From: Octopus bimaculoides
Lineage: Eukaryota
Length of the DNA stretch: 64,000 bases
NCBI RefSeq assembly: GCF_001194135.2
Contig: NC_068990.1
Location: forward strand, 59,308,647 to 59,372,646
Reading direction: 5' to 3'
The position numbers were made by a program, and so were the translations under genes. Below the pieces are notes generated by a model, which was given only the letters and a program-made list of their open reading frames with translations, was not told the origin of the DNA and did no database searches. This document shows positions 60,897-64,000 of the stretch, in pieces. Positions within the stretch are counted from its first letter, which is position 1. Each line of letters starts with the position of its first letter.

Positions 60897-63800
60897 GTAT
60901 ATGATTATGTTAGACAAGTCGGTCAATCAGAAGTATTTAATTGCTGTTTTTGTCTCACTGAAGGGTTTTGTATAGGCACAAGAACTGAATTTTGAATGAA
61001 GGTGATCAGTTGATTGCATCAACAGTAGTACTTGAGTGATGCGTTCTTTTACCAACTCCAGATGATACATGGCCTAGTGGTTAGGATGTTGCACTCCTGA
61101 TCAGGAGATAATAGTTTCAATTCCTGAGCTGAGTGGTGCATTGTGTTCATGACCGAAACACTTCATTTCTTGTTTCTCTGTGTTCACTTCAACATCTGAC
61201 GTGTGGCACACCATGCACCTGTACAAACAATGTCAATTTGATGGAGGGAGTGAACTAATTTACAACACAGACATTTGATCATTATAAACAAAACATCTAT
61301 GCAGGTTGTTCAAGCAGAAATTGCAGAATCATTTTTCTCAGACATGAAAGAGTCAACAGCAACAAGAAAGATGAAATGCAAAGTTCACTTTGCAACCTTG
61401 TGTGGTTTCAAAATTCACTTCACAATCATTTGGTCCTGAGCAGTCCCACAGCATGGCACCCTGGATGCAGACTTAGGGCAACCAATGTCTTGTGAGTGGA
61501 ATTTGGTGGATAGAAGCTAACAGAAGCTTATTGTATATATGAGGGTATGTGCATGTGTGTGTGTGTGTGTGTGTGTGCACACACCTATGTGTATATACTC
61601 ATGTGTATAGATGCTGGCTTTCACATGACTCAATGTCACTATTTGAGCAAAAATGGTGATGCTTGATCACATCTGCGAACGGTTTATCCTGTAGTTCAAT
61701 GGTTTCATTGTGTGAAGACCGGTGGAATAATAGTACTTTATTAGAAAAACAGGAGCTGGTGGTGATAAGAAAAAAAGCATTTGACTGGAGAAAATTGTCT
61801 CATTGTCCAAACCATGCTAGGACAGCAAAAGTAGATTTGAAAAAGATGATGATGATGATGATGATGACAACGACAACAATGGTGATGGCAATGATGATTG
61901 AACAGGGCAAACTGGATTTATTTAGCAGCAACTGGAGCCATTAAAAGATAATTATAAACAAATAACACTATCAGATCCATAACAAGTTACACACACGTAT
62001 ACACACACACTCACAGATATGCATGCACTATAGATAAGGGAGACATAACTGCTAATTAACATCAATGGAGTATCGAGAAAAAAAAAATGATAAGAGACAT
62101 ACATACTGCAACTGCTAACGTAATAATATATCATGTTTTCTCAGAAGACTTCCTTTTTTTTTTTGTCTATGTCTATGGTGAGATATCAGAAAATTTGAAT
62201 TTTGTTATGTAATCCTAGAGGTGAAGATAAAAAGAGTTGAGAAAGTAGTCAAAGGACCTTTTGTGACCTTTCTAACTATGTCAGCAAGAAAAAGAAAAAT
62301 ATGAGAGAACATCACTGTCTTATTCTGCTTGAGAGTTAGTAGTGAATTGGTAGAATCAGTAAAGCATCAGGTGAAATTCTTTGTGGCATATATTCTAGCT
62401 TTTTGGGTTGGAGATTCAAATCCTACTGAGATTAACTTAAGATTTCATTTATCATCATCATCATTATTCTAATGTCTACTTTGCCATGCTTGCATGGGTC
62501 AGATGCAGTTTGTTGAGGAAGGTTTTGTACAGTTGGATGCCCTTCCTCTCATCAACCCTCACCTGTTTCCAAGCAAGGTAATATTTCCCCATAACCAGAC
62601 ATGTTTTCAAGGAAGATTGGAAATGAAGGACACTGCTGTATGACAGTTATACTTGTTTACAACTGTCAAGCGATGTCAAGACAAGGTGATACCATCTCTT
62701 TCTCTCACTTCTCTCACATACACACACATGCACATACATACAAAAGGGTTTTCTTTCAATTCAATTTCTGTCAAATCCACTGACAAGGCTTTGAGAAGAC
62801 ACTCATAGAAGGTGCCATGCAGTGGGCCTGAACCTGGAACCATGTGATTGAGAAGCAAGCTTCTTAACCACACAGCTACACGTGCACCTTTTCAGCAGCA
62901 ATAAATAAAATGCTTGTCAAGGACAGTGGATATTTTAGGACCATTGGACAGCCATACAGTATTTGTTCTGGTTCATATTTCTAAGTTCAAATCTCATTGT
63001 GGCCTATTTTGGTGGTAGAATTCATCATTCACACGATTTAATAATTCAACACCACCACATGGTCCTTGAGTGATTTTTAGTAGAGTTCATTCCCTTGCAA
63101 ACATTGAAGTTAAGTCTCCAGTTTAAGGATACCTCCCCTACACACACACATACACTAGTCAGACTCCCTGTAAAGGGCTGAAAAATAACTTCTAACATTA
63201 GTACAAGAACACAAATTCTGAAGGACATCTTTGGCATTATGAAGGGCATCCAGCTGTAGAAACTATGTCAAAACACACAATGGAACCTGGTGTAGCTCTG
63301 GGCCTTGCCAGCTCCTGTCAAAATGTCCAATCCATGCCAGCATTGAAAACAGAGGTTAAATGAAATAATGACAAGGAGGAGGAAACCATAAATAAGACCG
63401 ATTCCAATATGCCAAAAGGAAGAAAGGTGTGCAATGATCATAGCTATAATGTTTCTCTCAGACAGTACAAGGCCTGAATTTGGAGTGAAAGTGATCAGTT
63501 GATTTCATTGACAGAAAAACTTGAGTGATATGTTAGTTTACTGATGCTAGAGGGATGAAAAGGAAAGTTAACCTTGGCAAGATATCAACTTAGAATGTAC
63601 AGCAACAGAAGAAATACTGCAAAATAGTTTTTTCTGATGCTCCATCAATTCAGCCAACATGCCACCTTAATAATAATGATAAAGCTTTCTAATTTAGGCA
63701 CAAGGCTAGAAATATTTGAGGAAAGAGAGCAAGTCAATTACATCAACCTCAGTATTCAACTGATCCTTTATTTTATTGACCTTGGAAGGATGGAAGGCAA

Positions 63801-64000
63801 AGTTGACTTCGGTGGAGTTGGAACTCAGAATGTAGAGACAGATGAAATGTCACTAAGCATTTTGACTGACATACCAATGATTCTGCCAGCTCCCCACCAT
63901 AATAATAATGATGATGATGATGATTTCAAATTCTGGCACAAGGTCAGCAATTTTGGGGGAGGGACAAGTCGATTACCTCGACCCCAGTGCTCAACTGGTA

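Overview
AT-rich, repeat-dense animal genomic DNA with 8 assembly gaps. The SINE/microsatellite landscape is typical of Octopus (inference). One protein-coding gene is supported: WDR48/UAF1, the WD40 activator of the deubiquitinases USP1/USP12/USP46, on the minus strand. I traced 12 internal coding exons by hand (1,321 nt, 440 codons + 1 nt, all GT-AG, phases consistent) across 12,294-53,662. The short first coding exon and the C-terminal exons were not found and probably lie outside the window. Everything else is intronic: tRNA-derived SINEs, RTE LINE fragments and their (GAT)n-tailed 3' ends, a decayed DD37D (maT-type) Tc1/mariner, hAT and piggyBac-type MITEs, microsatellites and at least six long palindromes/foldbacks. 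Almost all ORFs in the supplied track are artefacts of repeats or gaps. I found no convincing novel multi-gene system. The best leads are an in-frame cryptic donor in exon 7 that would delete a USP-binding Trp, a 103-nt miRNA-like hairpin, a VNTR-bearing RTE 3' UTR that explains the dominant short repeat, a 10:1 MITE orientation bias, and many dsRNA-forming repeats that could be ADAR substrates.
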